Shown: positions 1 through 11,574 of the stretch, in pieces
How positions within the stretch are numbered: position 1 is the stretch's first letter
How the letters are laid out: the number at the start of each line of letters is the position of its first letter
From: Octopus vulgaris
Lineage: Eukaryota
DNA: 64,000 nucleotides
Direction: 5' to 3'
NCBI GenBank assembly: GCA_951406725.2
Contig: OX597841.1
Span: 18,414,001 to 18,478,000, forward strand
Notes under the pieces: generated by a model
What the model was told of the DNA's origin: nothing
Databases searched by the model: none
What the model saw: the letters and a program-made list of their open reading frames with translations, nothing else
Position numbers and translations under genes: made by a program

Positions 1-339
1 ATGGCATATTTTATAAATATGCCTCTTCAAGTATCATAAAAGCATGAAACTATTAATAGTGCTTTCAGTTGTGTATTTAATTTGATATATCATCATCATC
101 ATCATCATCATCATCGTTTAACGTCTGTTTTCCATGCTGGCATGGGTTGGACTGTTTGACTGAGGTCTAGAGAGCCAGCGGCTGCACCAGGTTCCAATCT
201 GATCTGGCAATGTTTATATGTATGTATATATATATATATATATATCATCATCATCATTTAGCATCCGTTTTCCATGCTAGCATAGATATATAGATAGATA
301 TATATAGATATATTTACACATACACACACACATATATAT

Positions 340-378
340 CGTTGCATCTATCAATCTATCTATCTATCTACCTATCTA

Positions 379-413
<35 letters not shown>

Positions 414-485
414 ATCTATCTATCTACCTATCTATCTATCTATCTATCTATCTGTCTGTCTATCTACCTACCTATCTACCTACCA

Positions 486-547
<62 letters not shown>

Positions 548-676
548 ATATCTATCTATCTATCAATCTATCTATCTACCTATCTATCTATCTACCTATC
601 TATCTATCAATATGTTTGTCTGTCTACCTACCTATCTATCTATCTATCTCTCTCTCTCTCTCTATATATATATATA
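340..676. repeat. (TCTA)n/(TCTG)n tetranucleotide microsatellite
   Basis: Direct tandem TCTA/TCTG/CCTA units; explains the SIYL-type pseudo-ORFs. Confidence 0.95.
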
Positions 677-1294
677 AAGCACAGGTGTGACTGTGTGATA
701 TAATGTTTTCTTCTCATCTACACATCTCCAGGTTCAGCACATTGGGCTTTCTATTGTAGCTGCTGGTCAACCAAAGCCACGTGAATGGATTTAGAAGATG
801 GAAACTGAAAGAAGCCTGTCACATATATAAAGATAGACAGATAGACACATACATACATACATACATGCATGTATATATACAGGTAGTCACATGTCCAAGA
901 GAAGAGAAGGCTCACATCACACATTTGCAGTTCAAGAATAGGAGATTGCTACTAAATACCAAATCAACAAAAGAAACAGTGAAAGCGTTGGAGTTCCAAG
1001 ATGCAAGTGAAAATGTAGCTTGTGTCATATTTCTGTGGAAGGCATCCCACATGTGGCATCCCACATGTGGCATCCCACATGTGAATAGCAGCTTGCCAAA
1101 ACTGTAATCTCTGCAATGTGACACTGTTGCAGAATAAATATACAAAGCCATCCAGAAAGTCTGTCTTGTAAGCTTTTTTCTCTTTGATTTTTCAGAGATA
1201 TTCACATCATCAGGACAGCTGACCTCTCTGATGGTGCTAGAGACATTTTCTTGTCTCTCCCAAACAACAGTATTCAGCCTGTTACGCTTACACT

Positions 1295-1692
1295 TACTCC
1301 TTTGCTCTTTTACTTGTTTCAGTCATTTGACTGTGGCCATGCTGGAGCACCACCTTAAGTCGAGCAAATCGACACCAGGACTTATTCTTTGGAAGCCTAG
1401 TACTTATTCTATCAATCTCTTTTGCTGAACCGCTAAGTTACAGGGACGTAAACACACCAGCATCGGTTGTCAAGAGATGTTGGGGGGACAAACACAGACA
1501 CACAAACGTATATACACACACACACATATATACATACATATATATATATACGATGGGCTTCTTTCAGTTTCCGTCGACCAAATCCACTCACAAGGCTTTA
1601 GTAGAAGACGCTTGTCCAAGGTGTCACGCAGTGGGACTGAACCCAGAACCATGTGGTTGGTAAGCAAGATACTTACCACACAGCCACTCCTA
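1295..1692 (-). mobile_element. tRNA-derived SINE family A (CORE-like) with central microsatellite
   Basis: Minus strand has A-box-like TGGCTGTGTGG, B-box-like GGTTCAGTCCC, a central (TA/TG)n tract and an AAAAGAG-type tail; many near-identical copies in the window. Confidence 0.85.
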
Positions 1693-1837
1693 TGACTATG
1701 TATATATGTATACATGCAAAATGAAAGAAAGCAAAAGGGGGAACTTTCAAATGATGAACGATAAATTTATAAGTATAAATATATATACTTACATAGATAT
1801 GTCCATCTTAGCGTACAAATGAGAAAGAAATTTTAAT

Positions 1838-1871
<34 letters not shown>

Positions 1872-2060
1872 ACGTCTGCAATTGTCAACGTTGCTAAGTG
1901 CAATAGTTAGTGTGTGAACATACTGATAACATTCTGACCAATCAAGAATGAACTGAGCAACAATGGAGAAGTATAATGTCTCAGTTTCTCTTTTAAAGCA
2001 TGTTTTTTATTCTGACTCATGAAAGACTAAACGCTGATACACACACATCCATCCATCCAT

Positions 2061-2496
<436 letters not shown>

Positions 2497-2726
2497 TATA
2501 TATATATATCACCTACCTCTGATTAGTGTAGGGTTATATAATTATATTGTATAATCAGATTGTTACCTAACACTCCATTGAATCCCTAGCATGAAACTGA
2601 CTGGTAAGATGGGCCGTTATGGATTGATTGATTGATTCTAGTTTCAGCTTATGAGCTGTGGCCATGCTGGGGCACCGCCATATAATATTGTACACTTTGG
2701 ATAATATATACATATTTATATATATA

Positions 2727-4248
2727 CATTGAACTGCAAAAGAAATGTGATTTTTTCAAATGTGATATTTATATGGTAAATTCTGAAAATTTATTTTGGG
2801 TATGTAAGTGTAAATATTCCACGACATGCTGGTTTAAGGCTGGGACCCAAATTGCAGGTAACCTTTCAGCTTTCCCTGAAATGAGATGCCAAAACACAGG
2901 TGTGTTGAATGCCAAAGGTGGCAGTCACAAACAATTGTGATGAAAGCTGAAATGCATTGCATCTAATGGAGGTTATGGGTTTGAAAATCAACTTGAACCG
3001 TGTTCCTGACATTCATAATTTGGATGCATCAGGTATGATCCCATTGTCAGCAGCACAGAGGAAGAAGCTATTGTCCGATTGCAAGCAAAGCAGCGTCCCC
3101 TGGTTGTTGCAAAAGCTTACAATGTCCATGTCAGCACCATCTGTTGCCTGCAACAGCGATATAACAACATCACTGCATACCATGCCTGCAGAGGGCACCC
3201 CGGGTAACCATGCCCAGACAGGACTGCTCCATCCACCTGCAACACCTCAGTGATTGCTTCAAACCAGTCATGTGACAGCTTGCAAGACCATTGGCACTGG
3301 ACAGCAACCCATCGGCAACGACATGGTATGACATCGACTGACTGCCAACAACCTGTGTTGCTGTCGTCCTGCTTGAGGGCCTGTCCCCACTGCCAGCCAC
3401 CCTCAGGCACAACTACAGTGAACAACACAGCTCCGACATTGGCAGCATCATTAATGGAGGTTGACAGTCTACTCTGATGAGAGCCGGTACTGCGTTTCCA
3501 CCTCAGATGGCAAAGTGAAGGTGTGGCATAGGAAGGGTGAATGCTACAGAGATGCATATGTCATGGAGAGAGATGGGTTGGGTGGCCAAAACATTATGGT
3601 TTGGAGTTTTGTAGGTCTGAATCAGTGAATTGGGCTCCATGTGTTCCAATATGTTGGCGCAGGCAAAGGGAATGGCATCACAGTGCAGCACTACACTGAC
3701 CAGATCCTAAGACCTTAAATCATGCCCTTCTTTGCATGTCCCCATAGCCATGTGTTTCAGCAGGACAATGCTCCCTCCCACATGGTCAGGGTCACCATGG
3801 ACTACCTGCAGCAGCACATCTGAACCATGCCATGGCCACACTCTGCTTGGATTTGAACTCAATTGAACACCTGTGGGATGAAATCCAGAGATGGCTGAAC
3901 CAGGTGGTCCCAAGGCTGATAGCTTGTGTGATACTGGAGTCAGCTTTCCTCAGGGTGTGGCCACAAGTGCCAATGGTTTTTGTGGACTGCTTCATGTGCC
4001 CCATGCACTGATGGTGTATGGCTGTTTTGAACACCCAGGGAGGGCATACACAGTATTGAACATGTCATGCCCTACAATCTTGATATGCTGGATCCACCAA
4101 CTACCAGAACTCATGACAATGACCCATAGACTGTGGTCAAAGTGCATCCAAGAAATTGACTTCAACTGATTTATCAAAATTTATCTTTGACATAATGAAA
4201 TTAAAGCATATTTCACAGTCACACATGTCTCGCATTTCCAGTTCAGTA
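2727..4248 (+). mobile_element. Decayed Tc1-type (DD34E) DNA transposon
   Basis: Imperfect TIRs CATTGAACTG.../...CAGTTCAGTA flanked by TA; frameshifted transposase with SDESRYC, IMVW, FQQDNAPSH and DLNSIEHLWDE motifs. Confidence 0.9.
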
Positions 4249-4282
4249 TATATATATATAGATATATGTATATATATATATA

Positions 4283-4589
4283 TCACGTGATCATGTGACC
4301 GACCAGGCTATCAGATGTTGCTACACATCGCTGGTCACAATGTGCTTCACATTGTTTTAGCCTTCAAATGACGCCACCCCGCTGGCCAAGTGAGCAGGCC
4401 AACGGAAGAAAGAGTGAGAGAAAGTTGTGGTGAAAGAGTACAGCAGGGATCACCACCCCCTGCCAGAGCCTCGTAGAGCTTTTTAGGAGTTTTCGCTCAA
4501 TAAACACACACAACGCCTGGTCTGGGAATCGAAACTGTGATACTACGGCCGCGAGTCCGCTGCCCTAACCACTAGGCCATTGCGCCTCC
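4283..4589 (-). mobile_element. tRNA-derived SINE family E
   Basis: Minus-strand head GGAGGCGCAATGGCCTAGTGGTTAGGGC...GTTTCGATTCCC (A and B boxes); 3' part recurs at 20228-20345, head recurs at 32519. Confidence 0.8.
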
Positions 4590-4601
4590 ACACACACACA
4601 C

Positions 4602-4648
<47 letters not shown>

Positions 4649-4717
4649 TAGATATATATATAGATATATATATATATATATATATAGATATATAGATATA
4701 GATAGATATATAGATAT

Positions 4718-4806
<89 letters not shown>

Positions 4807-4906
4807 GGAGTAAACACATAAATGTGAAACAAGGTGGAAAAGATTACTCAAATACCAGTGGTAAAATATTCAATTGTCTGTCTGATGAAGGCACGCATAT
4901 TTTTGC

Positions 4907-4954
<48 letters not shown>

Positions 4955-5295
4955 CACACACAGACACAGACACACAGACACAGATACACACACACACACA
5001 CACACATATATATGTATATACTCTTTTTACTCTTCACTCTTTTACTTGTTTCAGTCATGTGACTGTGGCCATGCTGGAACACTGCCTTCAGTCGAGCAAA
5101 TCGATCCCAGGACTTATTCTTTGTAAGACTAGTACTTATTATATTGGTCTCTTTAACTGAACCACTAAGTTACGGTGACATAAACACACCAGCATTGGTT
5201 GTCAAGCGATGTTGGGGGCGACAAACTCAGACATGCAAACATATACACACACACAAACATATATATGTATGCATATATATATATGTATATATATA

Positions 5296-5329
<34 letters not shown>

Positions 5330-5639
5330 CATACATATATATACACATATAAACTTGTTGCCAAAATTAGGGGGTCAACACACATACAATATCTTGATAT
5401 TTTTTCCAAAGTTTTAATTCACATGAAGAAAATGTTGTTTTTTTTTTTTCATGACGTAATTAGTTTATTCATTAATAAAAAACATACCTGAAACAGCAAG
5501 AGGAAGCTCAACCCATTTCTGAAAACACTACACCTGAAGCCTTCTCTATGTCAGATCTGGAATAGTGAATCCTGAAACTAGATGCTAGCAGGCATGTATC
5601 TAATTTCATATACATGTATACTTATATGAATGTGTATAT

Positions 5640-6742
5640 TGTTACGACCTGCGGGCCATAACCTGAATTTACAGAATCAATGAGGTCAGAGTTAACCCAA
5701 AACAACAACACACCATGAAATTTTTCTAAAATATTATTAACAATAGTCTTCATAAAAAACAGTTTACATACAAACAAATATATACATGAACAAAAAGCAG
5801 ATGCACACCAGATGTGCAGTCAGAATATTTACCAAGTTAACATATATACAGTTCAGAATTCGGACTCCAAATCCTGGTTTTGGGTTTCACCAAAATTGGC
5901 CTCACAAATTTGGTTTTTCAAAAATATTTCTTCCAAATGTCTGGATTTCATAAAATTTGGATTTCTATTTTAGTACAAATTCGGTTTCCAAACCTCGGGT
6001 TTCGAACAGTGGGTTTCGTGTCTTCTATCAATTTGGTGTTCTAGATTGGGTTTTGAACCTTGGACCTAAGCATAAATAAATCTAAGCTCAAAGCAACCAT
6101 TTAAACTAAAAGTTCATGACACAATCAATAATTATAATTATAAAATTAAATCGTCAAACAAAAAGCTAGTTTGCTTTAAATTCACACAAAACTGCTTCAT
6201 ACAAGCAGCTGAGTAACTATTAGACAAAATTTACAGTTAGTTGTCTAATACAAAAAATTGGCTACATGAAAAATTAATTTCATACACCCATTGGCTATTT
6301 ATACAAATTTTAACAATTATCTTAACAGAAAAAAGCTGGCAAAATTACTACACAACCTGCCACAAATGCGGGGTTCAAAATTCACATAAATATTATAACA
6401 TAAGAGATTTTTTTTGTACTCACCCAGATGTGACACAGAAATTATTTTAAATCTGACAAGAGTTCTGGCGAATTCCTGGAACATAAAATAAATCCCTAAA
6501 TGTCTAATACAAAGCAGAATGTGCGTAAACGAAACAAGTAATCATAGCTTCCAGAATCCAACCCAAAAAACTCGGTGAGGTGGGTGCAATTATCTCTGCT
6601 TATAAAGGTTTGCTAGGATCTTGCCAATTTGTTATAGTTTCACAGATTTGGCTAATAACTCCTAGATTCCCCCATTTTGGCAATGGATTCATCCTGACAT
6701 TACTGTGCAGCATGAAAAACTGTTTACCTGTTTAAATTAACA
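5640..6742. mobile_element. Possible solo LTR or LTR-like repeat
   Basis: Segment bounded by TGTTA...TAACA and compositionally distinct from flanks; no clean TSD or second copy. Confidence 0.3.
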
Positions 6743-6900
6743 TTATAATTTATAATTTTGAGAGTTGAGTGTCGGTTTTTCAGAGTTGGCGGTTATAATA
6801 TTGTAAGTTATTAAAATTTTGTTGTTGAAAATTGTTACTGTTGAGCATATTTTTGTTGTTGAATTCTTGAAAATTGTTTTGTTGCTACCCAGTGTTGGGT

Positions 6901-8376
6901 ATGCAAGCCGAGTCTTACGTGCGAGCAGCAGGTAAAAAGCCTGTCTGCCGACGTGATGCTGTTGAAGGAGGTAAAAATTAATAAAAAAAATCTGAAAAAA
7001 TATTTTGAAAGTTTTAAAAAAGAAGGAGACTGCCTGAAAATTATACTGCTGAAAGATGCAGTACAAAAAGCGGGGGGAAAATCATCACCTACAGAATGTG
7101 GAACATAGCCACAAAAAGGATTGAAGTGGAAGAAATAGAGGATATAGAGCAGTGTCTAGAAGAAATAAAGGACAGGACTACCTTCTACACAAGAGGGAGG
7201 AAGTACGCCACTGTACAAGTACGTTTTGAAAGCAAAGAAGAAGCGAGTAGACATGCCACAACAGCATTGAAAACAACAAGGTGGGTACTCCTACCTACAT
7301 ACTGCAGTAGACGAGCTGCGAGAATTAGAATTGGAAATGTGCCACCGGAAATGGATCTAAAAAGGATGGTAGCAGCCATAATATATAATTGCAAAGAAGA
7401 GGTGGATATCCTCAAAGTGGAGAAGTCTAGAGATATTAACTGGTGGGGTTATGGAGTAGAAGCACTGATACACATAACCCTGCCAGATTTGAATAACATT
7501 TCGGAGGAGTTGGTGCTCCTTGATGAGACCCAACTGAGAGTCGTGGTGGAGGGGATACCTCCAGTATGCTATTAGTGCAAAAGTAGGGGACATATGCAAG
7601 CAAAGTGTCCCCTAAGAGAATCACCAGTTGAAGAGATAGAAGTTTACAATGACGCAGAGAGAGAGGAAGAAAAAAGAAAAAAAGGATGAAAGAGAGGAAG
7701 GAAAAGGGAGACCACCAATATGTGACAAAAGTGGATATGGGGGACATATGCAAGAGGAGTGTCCCACAAAAGAATTACTGGTTGAAGAGATAGAGGTATG
7801 CAACGACGCAGAGAGAGAGAGGAAGAAGGAAAAAAGGGTGAAAAAGAGGAAGGAAAAAAGAATAATTAACCGTAGATAGAAAGAGAACGCATGTGGAATC
7901 AACACCAAAAAGTCCGAAGAAAAAAAAGAAAGGGAAAAAGAATATAAGGGAGGAAATGGAAATGACAGAACATTGAACGCAAGAACCAGAGCAAACAGTG
8001 ACTAGTGTAGAGGTGGAGGAAATGGATGTCAGAAGAGATCAGTGGAAGGACAGACTGTCAACGCAAATTGAAGATGTGGAACGTGAAGGGAGACCAAAAG
8101 GAAGGAATTTAAGATTGTTGGTGTTTTACAAAAAAGGAGATGGAATTAGAAAAGAGGTTAGCAAAAATGAAGGGATTAATATGAGTGAAATTGGATCCGA
8201 ACATGTATTTTAGTGATCAGAAAGTCGTGTTATTGGACAAAGACCGAGTGGAAAGAATGGAAGATTTGTTTCCCAGAAGTATAAAGAGAACAGGAATTTG
8301 CGTCTGTTATGAGAGTCTGCCAAATGTTGTTGGACCAGAGGAATTGATTGAGCTTATAACAGACGAGAAATTTTAA
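6901..8376 (+). pseudogene. Decayed non-LTR retroelement ORF1 (RRM-like region plus two CCHC zinc knuckles), no ORF2 (HAL1-like)
   Basis: MQAESYVRAA start, ...RIRIGNVPPE...RVVVEGIPPVCY*CKSRGHMQAKC, a second knuckle-like CDKSGYGGHMQEEC, an E/K-rich region, then an A-rich run after the stop at 8376. Confidence 0.7.
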
Positions 8377-8769
8377 AAGAAAAAAAAAGACTATAAACTG
8401 TATAAAAGAACAGTAAAATGAAGCTGTGAGCTTTGTGGAGGGGGTCGTAAGCCATTCCATTCTATTCATTATAAATATTCTATTTCATAATTATTCATAT
8501 GTACCCCATGTTTTGTGTTGCCTGTCCTTGTTTGTCCTCCTCTATGTTGGGCCCTTGTGGCTAATAAAAAATCACAATATAATTTATGATTTCCTAACAA
8601 TATTGATTTGTTCATGTGCCTGTATGTGTAAGTGTTAGGACATATCTGTATAGACATTGATCTAGGCCTGAGGCTGTGAACTGCAGACACACACATGGAT
8701 AGGCTAATCTTGACACTGACTTGGGGTCCTTATTATTAAAATTCCTTGATTCAAATGGATCTTGCAAAT

Positions 8770-8991
8770 ACTCTTTTTACTCTTTTACTCTCTTTTACTT
8801 GTTTCAGTCATTTGACTGTGGCCATGCTGGAGCACCGCCTTTAGTTGAGCAAATCGACCCTGGGACTTATTCTTTGTAAGCCCAGTACTTATTCTATTGT
8901 TCTCTTTTTGCCGAAACGCTAAGTGACAGGGATGTAAACACACCAGCATCGGTTGTCAAGCAATGCTAGGGGAACAAACACAGACACACAA

Positions 8992-9022
<31 letters not shown>

Positions 9023-9193
9023 CATATATACGACAGGCTTCTTTCAGTTTCCGTCTACCAAATCCACTCACAAGGCATTGGTCGGCCCGGAGCTATAGCA
9101 GAAGACACTTGCCCAAGATGCCACGCAGTGGGACTGAACCCGGAACCATGTGGTTGGTTAGCAAGCTACTTACCACACAGCCACTCCTGCGCC
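8770..9193 (-). mobile_element. SINE family A, full length
   Basis: Full head, CORE-like CTTGGGCAAGTG, central microsatellite and tail. Confidence 0.9.
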
Positions 9194-9677
9194 TATTAAT
9201 AATTATACTTCTGTGCCTATTTGAACATTTTTTTCCCTTTTAGTCATATCTTCATCTAGGACAACATTGCATGGCCACCACCAATGAATGTTGACTGCAC
9301 AGCTGCAAATGTATTTGCAGGTCTGGCTAAGACAGTTTGGGTGATATTGGCTGTTGTCCAAGCATGCACGTCTCCCTTCTCCACACCCTCCATGTTTATC
9401 CAAGGGAAGGGTCACCAGCTCGGATGAGCACAGCTTGGTACTAGTGTCAAAACACAAGGAGCTGGAACAGATTCTTCAAAGCATTTCACCAACTCTTTAA
9501 CAATCCCAGCAACCCCTGGATTGGTTCTTTTTTATCAACCCTGAAAGAATGAAAAACAATGATGACTTCAGCAGGATTTGAACTCAAAATGCTGGGAGTC
9601 AGAATAACTACCACGAAGCAGCCTATCCAACTCACTGATGACTCTGCTAATTCACTGCCTTCTAATGGGTTTTCAAA

Positions 9678-11030
9678 GGCAGCAAGTTGTTAGAATCATT
9701 ACTGAGTCAGACAGAGCAATATTTCTTCTGCTTCTCTATGTTCTGGGTTCAAATTCCACCAAAGTTGATTTCGCTTGTCATACTTTTGGCATTGGTAAAA
9801 TAAGAATAACATGGTAAAATAAGAATCAGTAGGTAAAATAAGAATCAGTAGGTAAAATAAGTATCAGTTGGTAAAATAAGAATCAGTTAGTAAAATAAAT
9901 ACCAGTTAGTAAAATAAATACCAGTTAGTAAAGTAAGTGCCAGTTGGTAAAATAAGAATCAATTGGTAAAACAAGTATCAGTTGGTAAAATAAGAATAAG
10001 TTGGTAAAATAAGAATCAGTTGCTAAAATAAGTATCAGTTGGTAAAATAATAGTCAGTTAGTAAAATAAGTATCAGTTGGTAAAATAAGAATCAGTTGGT
10101 AAAATAAGTATCAGTTGGTAAAATAAGAATAAGTTGGTAAAATAAGAATCAGTTGCTAAAATAAGTATCAGTTGGTAAAATAATAATCAGTTGGTAAAAT
10201 AATAATCAGTTGGTAAAATAAGAATCAGTTGGTAAAATAAGTATCAGTTGGTAAAATAAGAATCAATTTGTAAAATAAATACCACTTAGTAAAGTAAGTG
10301 CCAGTTGGTAAAATAAGTATCAGTTGGTAAAATAAGAATCAATTGGTAAAATAAGTATCAATTGGTAAAGTAAGTATCAGTTTGTAAAATAAGAATCAGT
10401 TGGTAAAATAAGAATCAGTTGGTAAAATAAGAGTCAAATGGTAAAATAAGTATCAGTTGGTAAAATAAGAATCAATTCATAAAATAACTATCAATTGGTA
10501 AAATAAGAATAAGTTGGTAAAATAAGAATCAGTTGCTAAAATAAGTATCAGTTGGTAAAATAATAATCAGTTGGTAAAATAATAATCAGTTGGTAAAATA
10601 AGAATCAGTTGGTAAAATAAGTATCAGTTGGTAAAATAAGAATCAATTGGTAAAATAAATACCACTTAGTAAAGTAAGTGCCAGTTGGTAAAATAAGTAT
10701 CAGTTGGTAAAATAAGAATCAATTGGTAAAATAAGTATCAATTGGTAAAGTAAGTATCAGTTTGTAAAATAAGAATCAGTTGGTAAAATAAGAATCAGTT
10801 GGTAAAATAAGAGTCAAATGGTAAAATAAGTATCAGTTGGTAAAATAAGAATCAATTCATAAAATAACTATCAATTGGTAAAATAAGAATCAGTTGGTAA
10901 AATAAGAATCAGTTGGTAAAGTAAGTATCAGTTGGTAAAATAAGTACTTGTTGAGCAGTGTGGGTCAATGTAACCAGTTTACCCTCACCCTTAAAATTCC
11001 TGGCCTTGTGTCAAAATTTGAAACCTTTAT
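9678..11030 (+). mobile_element. SINE family C (Meta-domain-like) interrupted by an internal minisatellite expansion
   Basis: Head GGCAGCAAG...GGGTTCAAATTCC; the 3' part GGTCAATGTAA...GGCCTTGTG..AAAATTTGAAACC resumes after the array; matches the 25150-25590 copies. Confidence 0.7.
9793..10946 (+). repeat. 19-bp minisatellite (GGTAAAATAAGAATCAGTT)n, about 60 units, with a 380-bp higher-order duplication
   Basis: Direct tandem units; variant ACCACTTAGT recurs at 10281 and 10661 (380 = 20 x 19). Confidence 0.95.
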
Positions 11031-11574
11031 GCAATGTGTTTCTATTTTAAGATTGTAGGATGTGATTCGAGGGAGATTTGTCTGCATTTGCCGGTAGGTC
11101 AAGCGATCGGCACTGCTGATTCTCAGAAACTACTGAAGCTACACATTCTAAACAATCTCTCATCATTGATTTACTAAACAATATTTTAAAAGAAAATTGA
11201 TTTTGTGTGCATGTATGTGAGTTTTTTTTTGTGAGGGTAGTGAAGTGTCTGCATACTAAATCCATGGTCCCACTCTTAAAATAATATATGTTAGGCCAGA
11301 AGAAGCAATGTGCTACACATTCACAGTTTCATAGCAACTCAAAATCTTCCCGATATCCAGAGGGATAATAGTTGCACAAAATACACTCAAACAACTGACT
11401 CTACATGTAAGGATAGACTGATCTCAAATTTTGGCACATGGCCAACAATTTCAGGGAGGAGGCAAGTCTATTGCATCGACCGCAGTATACAACTGGTACT
11501 TATTTTATTGACGCAAAGACAACCACAGTGCAATTTGAATGCAGAATATAAAGGTGGATGAAATGCAGATGAGC

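Noticed and set aside
1041-1083. Three tandem GGCATCCCACATGT 14-mers
   Set aside because: A small local duplication with no further structure.
3474-3500. CTGATGAG hammerhead-like heptamer
   Set aside because: It encodes the SDES catalytic motif of the Tc1 transposase; no stem II or GAAA follows.
4520-4589. tRNA gene candidates at SINE heads (also 24785-24857, 32519, 36808)
   Set aside because: A and B boxes are present, but the cloverleaf is incomplete and continues into the SINE body; these are not tRNA genes.
4878-4912. CTGATGAAGGCA..TGCT possible hammerhead in a TA-flanked fragment
   Set aside because: Truncated by (TA)n before GAAAC and stem III, so it cannot be supported.
5488-5571. 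84-nt minus-strand exon candidate (TTTCAG ... CAG|GTATGT)
   Set aside because: Stops in all three frames; splice motifs alone are common by chance.
9203-9457. Cys-rich minus-strand ORF
   Set aside because: The DNA resembles the SINE body at ~36960-37030 (CCCTTGGATAA..GGAGAAGGGAG), so it is a repeat remnant.
9793-10946. Regular short repeats resembling a CRISPR array
   Set aside because: Units are contiguous with no unique spacers, there are no cas genes, and the context is eukaryotic.
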